32,798 bases of DNA from a virus: the UHGV virus genome UHGV-0202764; one strand, written 5' to 3'. The notes under the pieces were generated by a model, which saw nothing but the letters and a program-made list of their open reading frames with translations, had not been told where the DNA came from and did not search any database. Shown in pieces: positions 15,231 through 24,371 of this stretch. Made by a program: the position numbers and the translations under genes. Within the stretch, counting starts at the first letter, position 1. Each line of letters opens with the position of its first letter.

Positions 15231-15970
15231 TGAGTGTCTTAGGATATAAGGTCATAAAACTGTATAAAGTAAAACCCGCACTTGGATCAAGTGCAGAAGA
15301 ATATGAGGCTGATATAACTGATGAGAAGATGCAGGAGATTGCTACAGCATTATCCTGTAATGTGCAGATTATGACAAGTGGTAGCAAGTGGCTGCTTTAC
15401 AAGGGTACTAATACGGACAATGGTTGGCTATGTCAGATCGTGTCAAATTATTTCGAGGTAAGAAGATACCTGAACGGTCAGGCAATATCAACGAATACGA
15501 CCGGAACGAATATGCAGTGTAGGGTTATGATAACAAATTCAGCGGTCTTAAAGAATCTGTCATTGCACTATTCAAAAGGAAAGAATGGAGCATCACTTTT
15601 TAAATTTGGCGCAGATGAAAATGCAATCTTACAATATTGTATATGTGAGGCATCCGTTGTTGGCACAGATAAAAAAATAGCTGTATATGGATATATTTCA
15701 GGTGGAAGCTATATGCTCTCATTATCGGACAGCACATCAATAATTTATAATTTGGATAACTATTATGGATATGCTGACAATATGGTTCTTATGAGTGCGA
15801 TTACATTAAAAGATAAAAATGCAATCGTTGACGGACTTTATAGATGCGACATAAACAAATACACAGATGAGCATTATGTGTTTGATCTAAATGGGAAAAA
15901 GTATATTACAAGTGATGGTGGAATACCAATGAAATGGGCAATCGAGCTTGATGATAGCATGATAGAATAG
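15230..15970 (+). CDS. Hypothetical beta-rich protein, 246 aa; possible receptor-binding protein
   Basis: TAATG coupling; AGGAGG SD; rich in G/S/T/Y/N. Confidence 0.6.
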   Translation: MSVLGYKVIKLYKVKPALGSSAEEYEADITDEKMQEIATALSCNVQIMTSGSKWLLYKGTNTDNGWLCQIVSNYFEVRRYLNGQAISTNTTGTNMQCRVMITNSAVLKNLSLHYSKGKNGASLFKFGADENAILQYCICEASVVGTDKKIAVYGYISGGSYMLSLSDSTSIIYNLDNYYGYADNMVLMSAITLKDKNAIVDGLYRCDINKYTDEHYVFDLNGKKYITSDGGIPMKWAIELDDSMIE

Positions 15971-15983
15971 GAGGTTTGAAAAA

Positions 15984-16373
15984 ATGGCTACATACGGTTT
16001 TGATGAAAAGAAAAATCTGGTTGAAGTGCCGAGCGTGGCATCTTTTAAGATAAAACCGGGCAATACGATAAAATTACCGGACGGAACGGTAATTTTATGT
16101 GAAGAGCAGAAATTCACGCAGAAGATACCGGCAAAAGGAAGCGCGATAACATACTTCGGCGTCGGAGCGGGTGAAGGATTGTTTTCAAATCCAAAAAGTT
16201 GCAAAACTTTCGTAATTTGCAATGAAATGTTCATGACGACACCGATTATATTTAATTCGACATTGACGTATCAGGACAACGGACAGTGCGATGTGGCGGT
16301 GAAAGCTTTCAATATAAATGATGCAGACATTGCGGCAGGCGTAAAAATCACAATATTAGTGATAGGATACTAA
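15984..16373 (+). CDS. Hypothetical beta-rich protein, 129 aa; possible minor structural protein
   Basis: AGGAGG SD; IKLPDGTVIL and C-terminal ITILVIGY resemble fibre-tip domains. Confidence 0.6.
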   Translation: MATYGFDEKKNLVEVPSVASFKIKPGNTIKLPDGTVILCEEQKFTQKIPAKGSAITYFGVGAGEGLFSNPKSCKTFVICNEMFMTTPIIFNSTLTYQDNGQCDVAVKAFNINDADIAAGVKITILVIGY

Positions 16374-16374
16374 C

Positions 16375-16692
16375 ATGACAAGAAAAGAAGAGCTTTTAAA
16401 CATAATCGGTGACAACGCACTACTAATTCCGGTCGTCGATGAAATCGTATTCATCGAAAATCAGATTAAAGAAATGCAGGAGCGGGCAGAACGTGAAGGA
16501 GGCTTTTATAAATACAATAAAAACAATCCGGATTTGAAGAAACCCGACCGAGACGCAGAACGGAGATATAAAGATCTGTCACAGATGCACGATAGCAAGA
16601 TCCGGTTAATCGCCAGAATCACGGACGCTGGAGAAAGTGAAGAAGATTCACCGCTCCGGATTTGGATGAAAGAACATATCGAAAAAACATAA
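16375..16692 (+). CDS. Putative terminase small subunit (P27-like, cos type)
   Basis: Helical 105-aa protein immediately upstream of TerL with ...YKDLSQ...EEDSPL pattern. Confidence 0.65.
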   Translation: MTRKEELLNIIGDNALLIPVVDEIVFIENQIKEMQERAEREGGFYKYNKNNPDLKKPDRDAERRYKDLSQMHDSKIRLIARITDAGESEEDSPLRIWMKEHIEKT

Positions 16693-16786
16693 GCACAGGC
16701 AGGAAGCGAGAAGGGAAGGTCGCTTGGCGGAAAACGCAGGACTTCGAGGGCAGGCAAGAGCGAAACCGTGAATTTAAGGAAATGAT

Positions 16787-18526
16787 ATGTTAATTCAAGA
16801 AAAAAAGATATGGACGCCGGACAATAGTTGCCTTTTAAGATACAAGGCACTCTGCGAAGACGGTACATACATCATAGGCAATGATCTGCGGCAACAGCTT
16901 GACAACCTAAACGAAGATATCAACAGCGGCGAATATTTATATAACACGGATGCGGCAAATCTTAGAATGGATTTCATGCAGAATTGCGTTAGATTGACAA
17001 AATCACCGTTTTACAACAAGCCAATGGTTTTAATGGACTGGCAAAAGGCACTGATCGAAGCTACATATAGCTTTAAAATGCCGGAAACCGGATTCGACCG
17101 GTTTCAAAGAATTTTGCTAGAGATTGCGAGAAAAAACACGAAATCAGAGACATGTTCGGCGTTGGCTCTTGCGGAGTTGATTGTCGGCTCTCCGGGCGCG
17201 GATCTTGTATGTTCGTCAAATGACGACGCGCAGGCAGATATTACATATCAAGCTATAAATACAATGCGGCTATTGATTGATCCTGACAGCAAAGACACTT
17301 GGAAAAATCAAAAAGGCATAAGGAACAAAGCAAATAATACGCATGTGTTTAAGCTGTCAGACAGAACAAGGAATAAAGAAGGAAGAAATATAGACTATGC
17401 GATTGTGGACGAGGTTCACGAAATGAAAGATAACGTAATCGTGAAATCAATCGAGCAGTCGCAGAGCTTAAAAGATAACCCGAAGTTATTCATAATCACA
17501 ACGGAAGGATTTGTTTATGAAGGATTTCTGGATGGCGAATTAAAGAAAGCCCGCAAAGCGATTTATAAAGAAGACGATACGCTCGCAAGCGTTAGGCGGT
17601 TAGACTGGCTATATACGCAAGATTCAGAAATAGAAATATGGACGAATAAAAAAAGCTGGCAGAAAAGCAACCCGACATTAGGAATAGTAAAAAAGTGGGA
17701 TTATTTAGAGCAACAGGTAGAGCTTGCAAAAGAATCAAAGGCAGACAGAATCTTTGTACTTAGCAAAGATTTTAATATAAAACAAAACGGAGCAGAAAGC
17801 TGGTTAAATGAAGAAGATTATACATATAACGCAACATATGACTTAGAGGATTTTCGCGGATCGTTTGCGCTTGGCATGGTGGATCTTGCAGAGACAACAG
17901 ATTTGTGCAATGCGAAGGTGCTAATGATGAAGCCGGGCGAACGGATAAAGTACATTCATACGCAATATTTCATACCGGCATCGAAATTAGAACCGGACAA
18001 AGACGATCATAACGCCGGGGCAAAATATAAAGAATGGGCCAGCGCCGGATATATCACGATATGCGACGACAACGAGGTTGATCTGGCAATCGTGGCAGAT
18101 TGGTTTTATAAGCTTTACAAAGAGAATGATATAAAAATGCTGTACTGCGGATACGATCAACGCTTTTCCCGCGATTGGATCACACGAATGACAGAATACG
18201 GCTGGACGCGAGAAGGAAAAGAGCTTGAAATGGTGCTACAGAATGCGGAGACGTTAAACAATGCATTACGTCTTGCAGAATCAGATCTGAAGGCTGAACT
18301 GATTAACTATAACGAAAACCCGGTTGACAGGTTTTGTTTTAAAAACGCTTGCGTGAAGACGAATGAAAAAAGACAGGCGTTATGCGTAAAAGCAAATAAC
18401 GAAAATAAAATAGACGGTGCGGTTACGCTAATCGGTGTATATGAAATGTACCGGCGGCACAAGAATGAATTTGCACAGATTGTAAATAAAATGGTAAAGC
18501 AGGAGGATAAAAATGGGATGGTTTGA
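16787..18526 (+). CDS. terL: Terminase large subunit (HK97/D3-like)
   Basis: LMDWQK Q-motif, Walker A EIARKNTKSE, Walker B AIVDEVHE, ITT, nuclease DLAETTDL and KIDGAV. Confidence 0.95.
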   Translation: MLIQEKKIWTPDNSCLLRYKALCEDGTYIIGNDLRQQLDNLNEDINSGEYLYNTDAANLRMDFMQNCVRLTKSPFYNKPMVLMDWQKALIEATYSFKMPETGFDRFQRILLEIARKNTKSETCSALALAELIVGSPGADLVCSSNDDAQADITYQAINTMRLLIDPDSKDTWKNQKGIRNKANNTHVFKLSDRTRNKEGRNIDYAIVDEVHEMKDNVIVKSIEQSQSLKDNPKLFIITTEGFVYEGFLDGELKKARKAIYKEDDTLASVRRLDWLYTQDSEIEIWTNKKSWQKSNPTLGIVKKWDYLEQQVELAKESKADRIFVLSKDFNIKQNGAESWLNEEDYTYNATYDLEDFRGSFALGMVDLAETTDLCNAKVLMMKPGERIKYIHTQYFIPASKLEPDKDDHNAGAKYKEWASAGYITICDDNEVDLAIVADWFYKLYKENDIKMLYCGYDQRFSRDWITRMTEYGWTREGKELEMVLQNAETLNNALRLAESDLKAELINYNENPVDRFCFKNACVKTNEKRQALCVKANNENKIDGAVTLIGVYEMYRRHKNEFAQIVNKMVKQEDKNGMV

Positions 18527-19736
18527 CAAACTCAGAAAAAAAGGAAAAGAAAGTGCTAAATACGCGGATATGTTAAGCGGATACGCGCCGATCTTTTCAC
18601 AGTTCGGAAAAGATATCTATGCAAGTGACGTTGTACAGCAGGCTCTTAACTGCATCGTGTCCGAATGCTTAAAACTGATCCCGAAACATGTTAGAAAAAT
18701 CGAGACAGATGTAATTCCGGTCAATAGTTCGATTCAGGATGTACTCAATCAGCCTAACCCGAATATGACAACTTCGGAATTTATAGAAAAAATAACATGG
18801 AATCTCTTTTTTAATTACAATTCATGGATCATCCCGGTATATCACGTTTGGAAAGATGACAAAGGAAAAGAAGTGCGGCATTACGATGGATTATACCCGG
18901 TGCAGCCGATTCAGGTAGAATTTCAGCAGGACACGGCTGGAACACTGTATGTAAAGATGAATTTTGCAAACGGATTCGAAACGACTATACCGTACAGCGA
19001 TGTGATACATATTAAGCACCATTTTTCTGTAAACGAATTTATGGGCGGTAACGAATCCGGACAGCCGGACAACTACAGCTTGTTACAGACTTTACAGTTA
19101 AACAAGGATTTGCTAGAGGGTGTCAGCAAAGCGATGAAAGCCGGATATGCCGTAAATGGTGTAGTCAAATATAACACATTAATGGACGACGGAACGGTTA
19201 AAAAAAACATCAAAGAAATGGAAGCAAAGCTAAAGACAAATAGCAGCGGCTTCTTGCCGCTTGATTTAAAAGCGGAATATACGCCAATTTCTCCGCAAGT
19301 CAAGTTAGTAGATGCAGATACTTTGAAGTTTGTTGATGAAAAAATACTAAGAAATTTTGGAGTGCCGCTGGCGATACTTACCGGCGACTATACAAAAGAA
19401 CAGTATGAAGCATTCTATCAGAAGACGATTGAACCGATTGTAGTGCATTACAGCAACGCTTTCACAAGAACGCTGTTTACACAAGGTCAGAAAGATAGAA
19501 ACAACATGATCCAGTTTTATACAAAAAATTTGGCATTTATGACGATGGATCAAACGATAGAAATGGTGCGCCTGCTCGGTGATGCAGGCGACCTGTACGA
19601 AAATGAAAAAAGAACGGCGTTTGGATTGACACCGCTTGCAGAGCTGGCGGGAAAGAGAATGCAGAGCTTAAATTATATAGATGCAGCAGAAGCAAAAAAG
19701 TATCAAACAGGAAAGGATAAAGAAGATGCAGAGTAA
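18513..19736 (+). CDS. Portal protein (HK97 family)
   Basis: Follows TerL; VLNQPNPNMTTSEF, DVIHIK, FGVPLAIL, ENEKRTAFGLTP. Confidence 0.93.
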   Translation: MGWFDKLRKKGKESAKYADMLSGYAPIFSQFGKDIYASDVVQQALNCIVSECLKLIPKHVRKIETDVIPVNSSIQDVLNQPNPNMTTSEFIEKITWNLFFNYNSWIIPVYHVWKDDKGKEVRHYDGLYPVQPIQVEFQQDTAGTLYVKMNFANGFETTIPYSDVIHIKHHFSVNEFMGGNESGQPDNYSLLQTLQLNKDLLEGVSKAMKAGYAVNGVVKYNTLMDDGTVKKNIKEMEAKLKTNSSGFLPLDLKAEYTPISPQVKLVDADTLKFVDEKILRNFGVPLAILTGDYTKEQYEAFYQKTIEPIVVHYSNAFTRTLFTQGQKDRNNMIQFYTKNLAFMTMDQTIEMVRLLGDAGDLYENEKRTAFGLTPLAELAGKRMQSLNYIDAAEAKKYQTGKDKEDAE

Positions 19737-20364
19737 AACAGTGACAAGATATTACAATTTTGAAATCCGGGCAAAAAATGACGAAGCGCACGGAGACTAT
19801 ATCGAAGGTCGCCCGATTGTATACGGATCAAAAACGGATATCGGCGGCATGTTTGAAGAAGTGATTGAACCGGGAGCACTTGACGGCGCAGACCTGCGAG
19901 ACGTCAGATTGTTAGTAAATCATGATACTACGATGATCCCGCTCGCAAGATCACGGCGTAATAATAAAAATTCAACAATGCAGTTGACCGTAGACGATAA
20001 AGGCTTAAAGATCCGGGCGAATATCGACACAGAAAAAAACAGCGATGCAAAGAACGCATACTCCGCAGTAGAACGCGGAGATATGGACGGAATGTCTTTT
20101 CTGTTCGTGGTAGAAAAAGACAGATGGGAAGATTTAGACAGCGATTACCCGAAAAGACATATCGAAAAAATAAGTAGTGTCTTGGAGGTATCAATAGTAA
20201 CATTTCCGGCTTACGAAGACACAGAAGTAACAGCAAGAGCAAAAGAAGCGTTGGAGAACGCAAAAGGCGCATTGGAGAATGCGAAAGCTCGATCAGCGGA
20301 CGCTGATAACGCAGAATTGGAGCTGGAAAAATTAAAAGCAAAATATTTATATGGAGGAAATTAA
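19726..20364 (+). CDS. HK97-family prohead protease
   Basis: FEEVIEPGA, LLVNHD, DGMSFLF, LEVSIVTFPAYEDT. Confidence 0.93.
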   Translation: MQSKTVTRYYNFEIRAKNDEAHGDYIEGRPIVYGSKTDIGGMFEEVIEPGALDGADLRDVRLLVNHDTTMIPLARSRRNNKNSTMQLTVDDKGLKIRANIDTEKNSDAKNAYSAVERGDMDGMSFLFVVEKDRWEDLDSDYPKRHIEKISSVLEVSIVTFPAYEDTEVTARAKEALENAKGALENAKARSADADNAELELEKLKAKYLYGGN

Positions 20365-20366
20365 GA

Positions 20367-21683
20367 ATGAAAGATTATTTAAAGAAGCTTATCAAAAAGA
20401 AGGAAGAAAGAGCGAAAGAGTTAAGAAAGCTTATTCAGGCAGCATCAACAGCTGACGAAGTAAGATCACTCGGCGAAACATTAAACGCCGTACTGGAAGA
20501 ATTACAGGACGCAAAGGAGCAGCTGGACAAGCTGGACGAAGATGGAGAAGACAGCGGAGACGGAAACGGAGATGGAGACGGAAACGGAGACGAAGGAAGA
20601 TCAGTGATTCCGACCGGAGCACAGGTTAGAAACGCAGGTGTTACTACACTTGCAGCATTTCAGACAGCACAGACAGCACAGAAAAGAGAGAAAGCAGATC
20701 TGCACGACACGGCAGAGTACCGGGCGGCATTCATGAATTACGTTTGTCGCAACGTGCCAATTCCGGCAGAAATGCGAGCAGCAGCAACAACAGCGGCGAC
20801 AGATGCCGGAGCAGTGATCCCGACCACGATCATGAACGAGATCATCATGAAGCTGGACACTTATGGAAACATTTACGCAAAAGTGCGCAAGTTAAACGTA
20901 CAGGGTGGAGTTGCAATCCCTATCGTATCATTAAAACCAGAAGCGAAATGGATTGGAGAGAACAGCTCTGATGCACAGAAGATCGAAGCAAAAAGCAAGA
21001 TCACATTCTCATACTTCGGAGTTGAGTGCAAGATTGCGCAGACATTACTTGTGAATGTAGCGACGATCGAAGCATTTCAGGCGTTATTTGTTCCGCTTGC
21101 AGCAGAAGCGATTGTAAAGGCGTTAGAAATCGCGATCATGAACGGAGACGGAACGACACAGCCGCTCGGAATCTTAAAAGATTCAAGGGTACCGGCGGCA
21201 AATGTAATCACGATCACACCGTCAGAATTTGCTTCATGGGAAGGCTGGCACAAGAAGGTAAAAGCAAAGATGAAAAAGGCATACAGAAATGGCGATTTCA
21301 TTATGAATCAGGCAACATTTGACGGATACATCGACGGAATGGTTGATAAGAACGGTCAGCCAATCGGTCGAACGAATTACGGAATCAACGGCGAGGAGAC
21401 ATATCGCTTCCTTGGTAAGACTGTTGAAACAGTAGAAGATGATCTGATTACATCGTGGGATGATGCGAAAAAGGGCGATGTAGTCGCGGTATTCGCAAAC
21501 CTTCAGGATTACGCTATCAATTCTAACATGCAGATGACAGCGGTTAAGTGGACAGACAATGATACAAACGAGGTTAAAAACAAATGTATCATGATCGTCG
21601 ATGGTAAACTTGTGGATGCAAACGGCGTTCTCATCATCAAGAAGGGCGAAGACGCGGCAAGCGCGGCAGTAAGCGGATCATAA
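20367..21683 (+). CDS. Major capsid protein (HK97 fold with N-terminal coiled-coil delta domain)
   Basis: GAVIPTTI, AIMNGDGTTQPLGIL; follows the protease. Confidence 0.93.
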   Translation: MKDYLKKLIKKKEERAKELRKLIQAASTADEVRSLGETLNAVLEELQDAKEQLDKLDEDGEDSGDGNGDGDGNGDEGRSVIPTGAQVRNAGVTTLAAFQTAQTAQKREKADLHDTAEYRAAFMNYVCRNVPIPAEMRAAATTAATDAGAVIPTTIMNEIIMKLDTYGNIYAKVRKLNVQGGVAIPIVSLKPEAKWIGENSSDAQKIEAKSKITFSYFGVECKIAQTLLVNVATIEAFQALFVPLAAEAIVKALEIAIMNGDGTTQPLGILKDSRVPAANVITITPSEFASWEGWHKKVKAKMKKAYRNGDFIMNQATFDGYIDGMVDKNGQPIGRTNYGINGEETYRFLGKTVETVEDDLITSWDDAKKGDVVAVFANLQDYAINSNMQMTAVKWTDNDTNEVKNKCIMIVDGKLVDANGVLIIKKGEDAASAAVSGS

Positions 21684-21701
21684 AGAAGGAGGTGCTGGTA
21701 A

Positions 21702-21962
21702 ATGACGCAGGAAGAACAGCTCGCAAATATAAAAAAGACAATGGGCATCACAGGAACGGCGCAAGACGGACAGCTTGAAACGATTTTAAACGATGTAAAA
21801 GAGTATATGATCGCTGCGGGTGTGCCGGAAAAAGTTGTGAATGCAGAAAAAACAATCGGCGTCATTTACAAAGGCACTGACGATTTATACAACTATAAAC
21901 AGTTAAGCTCATATTTTATGCACAGAGTTATACAGCTTGCAATGCGAGGTGAAACGAAATGA
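21702..21962 (+). CDS. Head-tail connector (gp6-like)
   Basis: Size, position and YMIAAGV...VIQL pattern. Confidence 0.75.
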   Translation: MTQEEQLANIKKTMGITGTAQDGQLETILNDVKEYMIAAGVPEKVVNAEKTIGVIYKGTDDLYNYKQLSSYFMHRVIQLAMRGETK

Positions 21963-22297
21963 AACAGTTCATACCAGATCTGCCTTATTCCGTGTTCGCG
22001 GAGTTATTAAATCCGCAGGAAAAGACGGAAAAAGGAAGTGTAAAAAAGTCATATATCAAGATTGATGATATTTATATCAGCTTTCGAACATTCGGCGGTA
22101 CTGAAACTGTGAAAAACGACATTCTTGTCGTTGAGAACACGGCGACAGTGCAGACATGGTATAGGCCGGATATAAAAGCCGGAAGCCGTTTAAAAATCGG
22201 CGGCTTAGAATATGATATTTTAGGAACGCCAGAAAATATCAACATGGCAAATAAATATCTACAATTTAAGGTTCGCGCCGTGAAAGGCGGCGCATAA
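21959..22297 (+). CDS. Head closure / head-tail adaptor
   Basis: TWYRPDIKAGSRL...YDILGTPENIN. Confidence 0.8.
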   Translation: MKQFIPDLPYSVFAELLNPQEKTEKGSVKKSYIKIDDIYISFRTFGGTETVKNDILVVENTATVQTWYRPDIKAGSRLKIGGLEYDILGTPENINMANKYLQFKVRAVKGGA

Positions 22298-22728
22298 TGG
22301 CGAAAAATAAGGTACAGTTATTTATCGACATGGAAGACACATATGCAAACCTTGAACGCGCCGTGGCTAACGCGAAAAAAGCAACGGAAAGTATGCTGAA
22401 AGCATCAAAAAAGGTAATAACTGATAAATTAATCAGTGACACCGTTCCGGGCAATTACCCGGCGCAAGGTAAATATTCGACCGGCAGGCTCGCGCAAAGT
22501 ATAGATACAGATTACAGCGTCGAGTGGGAAGGAACGACGGCGAAGATCAATATAGGATATGACTTCGACAAGACAGGGCTGGAAAGCATCGTACTGATGT
22601 ACGGCACGCCGAGGATGAAACCGGCACAAAGGCTATATGACGATATATACGGCAGCAAGACAAAAAAAGAGATCAAAAAAATTCAGCAGGAAGCGTTAAA
22701 TAAAATGTTAGAAAGGGCTATGAAATAA
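22297..22728 (+). CDS. Neck/tail completion protein (HK97 gp10-like)
   Basis: TGRLAQSI...MYGTPRMKP. Confidence 0.7.
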   Translation: MAKNKVQLFIDMEDTYANLERAVANAKKATESMLKASKKVITDKLISDTVPGNYPAQGKYSTGRLAQSIDTDYSVEWEGTTAKINIGYDFDKTGLESIVLMYGTPRMKPAQRLYDDIYGSKTKKEIKKIQQEALNKMLERAMK

Positions 22729-23081
22729 TGGAAGACAACTTGATCGAACTATTAGAGACAATCGGCTATAAGGTGCGACGGCAAGGCAGCTTTTTAGAAG
22801 ATGAAGCATATCCAGATACGTTCATAACATTTTGGAATGCGAGCGAATCAGAAGCGGCCGCATATGATAATGCAACAAAGAGAGTTGCATATTTATATAA
22901 CGTCAATGTGTACTCGGATGATCCGGACGTAACCTTTTCACTGTTGAGAGACATTAGAAAATTATTGAAAAAAAATGGCTACATCATCACCACGCGGGGG
23001 CGGGATGTCATAAGCGACGAACCAAGCCACACCGGGCGCGGACTGGATGCGGTCATAATAGTAGATGAAACGGAGGAATAA
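22728..23081 (+). CDS. Tail terminator-like protein
   Basis: Acidic 117-aa protein before the major tail gene; YNVNVYS...LKKNGY. Confidence 0.7.
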   Translation: MEDNLIELLETIGYKVRRQGSFLEDEAYPDTFITFWNASESEAAAYDNATKRVAYLYNVNVYSDDPDVTFSLLRDIRKLLKKNGYIITTRGRDVISDEPSHTGRGLDAVIIVDETEE

Positions 23082-23086
23082 AAAAG

Positions 23087-23746
23087 ATGGATGCAGAAAA
23101 ATACACAGAGTACCGCGGCGTCGACAACTTACATGTCGCTAGAATTATTTGTGACGACAACGAAACCGGAGAAGGTCACGGATATATCTGCGAAAAGCCG
23201 GTAAAACTTGCACCGGTCGCAGAAGTAAGTAAGACGACAGAAACATCAACAGACACACATTACTATGATAACCAGCCGATGTTTGTTATCAACACCGAGG
23301 GTTCAGATTCCCTCACATATACCGTAGCTGTGCCACCGCTCGAAATGGATGCGTTACTCACCGGTCGGTCATTCGACAAAGACACCGGCATGATGGTAGA
23401 AGGAACACGCCGTGATGATTACTTTGCAATCATGTATAGAACAAAGTGCGTAGACGGCAGCTATAGATACGTTGTTAAAAACAAAGGTAGCTTTTCAATC
23501 CCGGAAGACGATCACAAGACCGAGGACGCCGGAACGGACACAACAAACCGCGCATATGTCTATACAGCAATTAAAACAACGCATGTATTTGCAAAAGGAA
23601 AACTGGAAGAAGATGGATCTTGGACACCGGCGGCGGTAAAGGGATTTGTGCTTGATGAAAGATACGATAAGGTAGATTTCAGCAAGTGGTTCGACGAAAT
23701 CCAGACGCCGGATACAGTAAAGGCGAAGACAGAACCAGAAGGTTAA
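23087..23746 (+). CDS. Major tail protein (phi13-like)
   Basis: GVDNLHVA...HYYDN...YFAIMYR...KGSFSIPE. Confidence 0.85.
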   Translation: MDAEKYTEYRGVDNLHVARIICDDNETGEGHGYICEKPVKLAPVAEVSKTTETSTDTHYYDNQPMFVINTEGSDSLTYTVAVPPLEMDALLTGRSFDKDTGMMVEGTRRDDYFAIMYRTKCVDGSYRYVVKNKGSFSIPEDDHKTEDAGTDTTNRAYVYTAIKTTHVFAKGKLEEDGSWTPAAVKGFVLDERYDKVDFSKWFDEIQTPDTVKAKTEPEG

Positions 23747-23814
23747 AGAAAAAAGGAAAAATAAAAGGGCAGGCGGGAATCATACCCGCCTGATTTAAAA
23801 TCAGGAGGTTAAAA

Positions 23815-24135
23815 ATGAAAATTACAGTTTATGAAAATAATATGAAAGACGTTAAAAAGGTGTTAGAAGCGGAGGACGCAAAAATTCCGTTCGGACTGGC
23901 AAGAAGAGTTGTAGGGCTTTTTAATGAAGAAAAGTTAAATGACACAGGCTATGTGATGGAGACAGTAACAAAGAGTTGGGATGATCTTGTACAGCTTCTC
24001 GGAAGAATCTTTCCGGACGCAACAGAAGAAGATTGGGATACAGTAGACCTTGCCGAGATGGTGCAGGTGGTAAAAGATTTTCTTTTGTTAAAGCTGAAAA
24101 AGCTGATCGGCATTCCGGTTGACGAAAAAAACTAG
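23815..24135 (+). CDS. Tail assembly chaperone (gpG-like)
   Basis: Between major tail and tape measure; ends at slippery GAA AAA AAC TAG. Confidence 0.85.
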   Translation: MKITVYENNMKDVKKVLEAEDAKIPFGLARRVVGLFNEEKLNDTGYVMETVTKSWDDLVQLLGRIFPDATEEDWDTVDLAEMVQVVKDFLLLKLKKLIGIPVDEKN

Positions 24136-24371
24136 AGAAGGGGGAGGATATCCCCCTAGACGAAACATTTTTTTTAATCATTAATAATTTGTGCAAAGAG
24201 TATACCGGGATCAATCCGATACAGTTACAAAATGAATCATATGATAGCGTGATAGATCTATACAGCGATATGAGACGAATGCAGATACGGGCAAAAAAAG
24301 AACAGGATAGAGAAAAAAACGGAGTTAAAGAAGTTAGACGTTATGCATCAAATGATGCGGGGTGGTGGTAA
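24132..24371 (+). CDS. Tail assembly chaperone -1 frameshift extension (gpGT-like)
   Basis: The -1 frame is open from the slippery site (LEKGEDIPLDETFF...AGWW); no ATG with SD near its 5' end. Confidence 0.8.
   Translation, partial: LEKGEDIPLDETFFLIINNLCKEYTGINPIQLQNESYDSVIDLYSDMRRMQIRAKKEQDREKNGVKEVRRYASNDAGWW

Noticed and set aside
20556..20591. GGAGACGGAAAC-type tandem repeat
   Set aside because: Encodes a low-complexity GDGNGD linker in the capsid delta domain.
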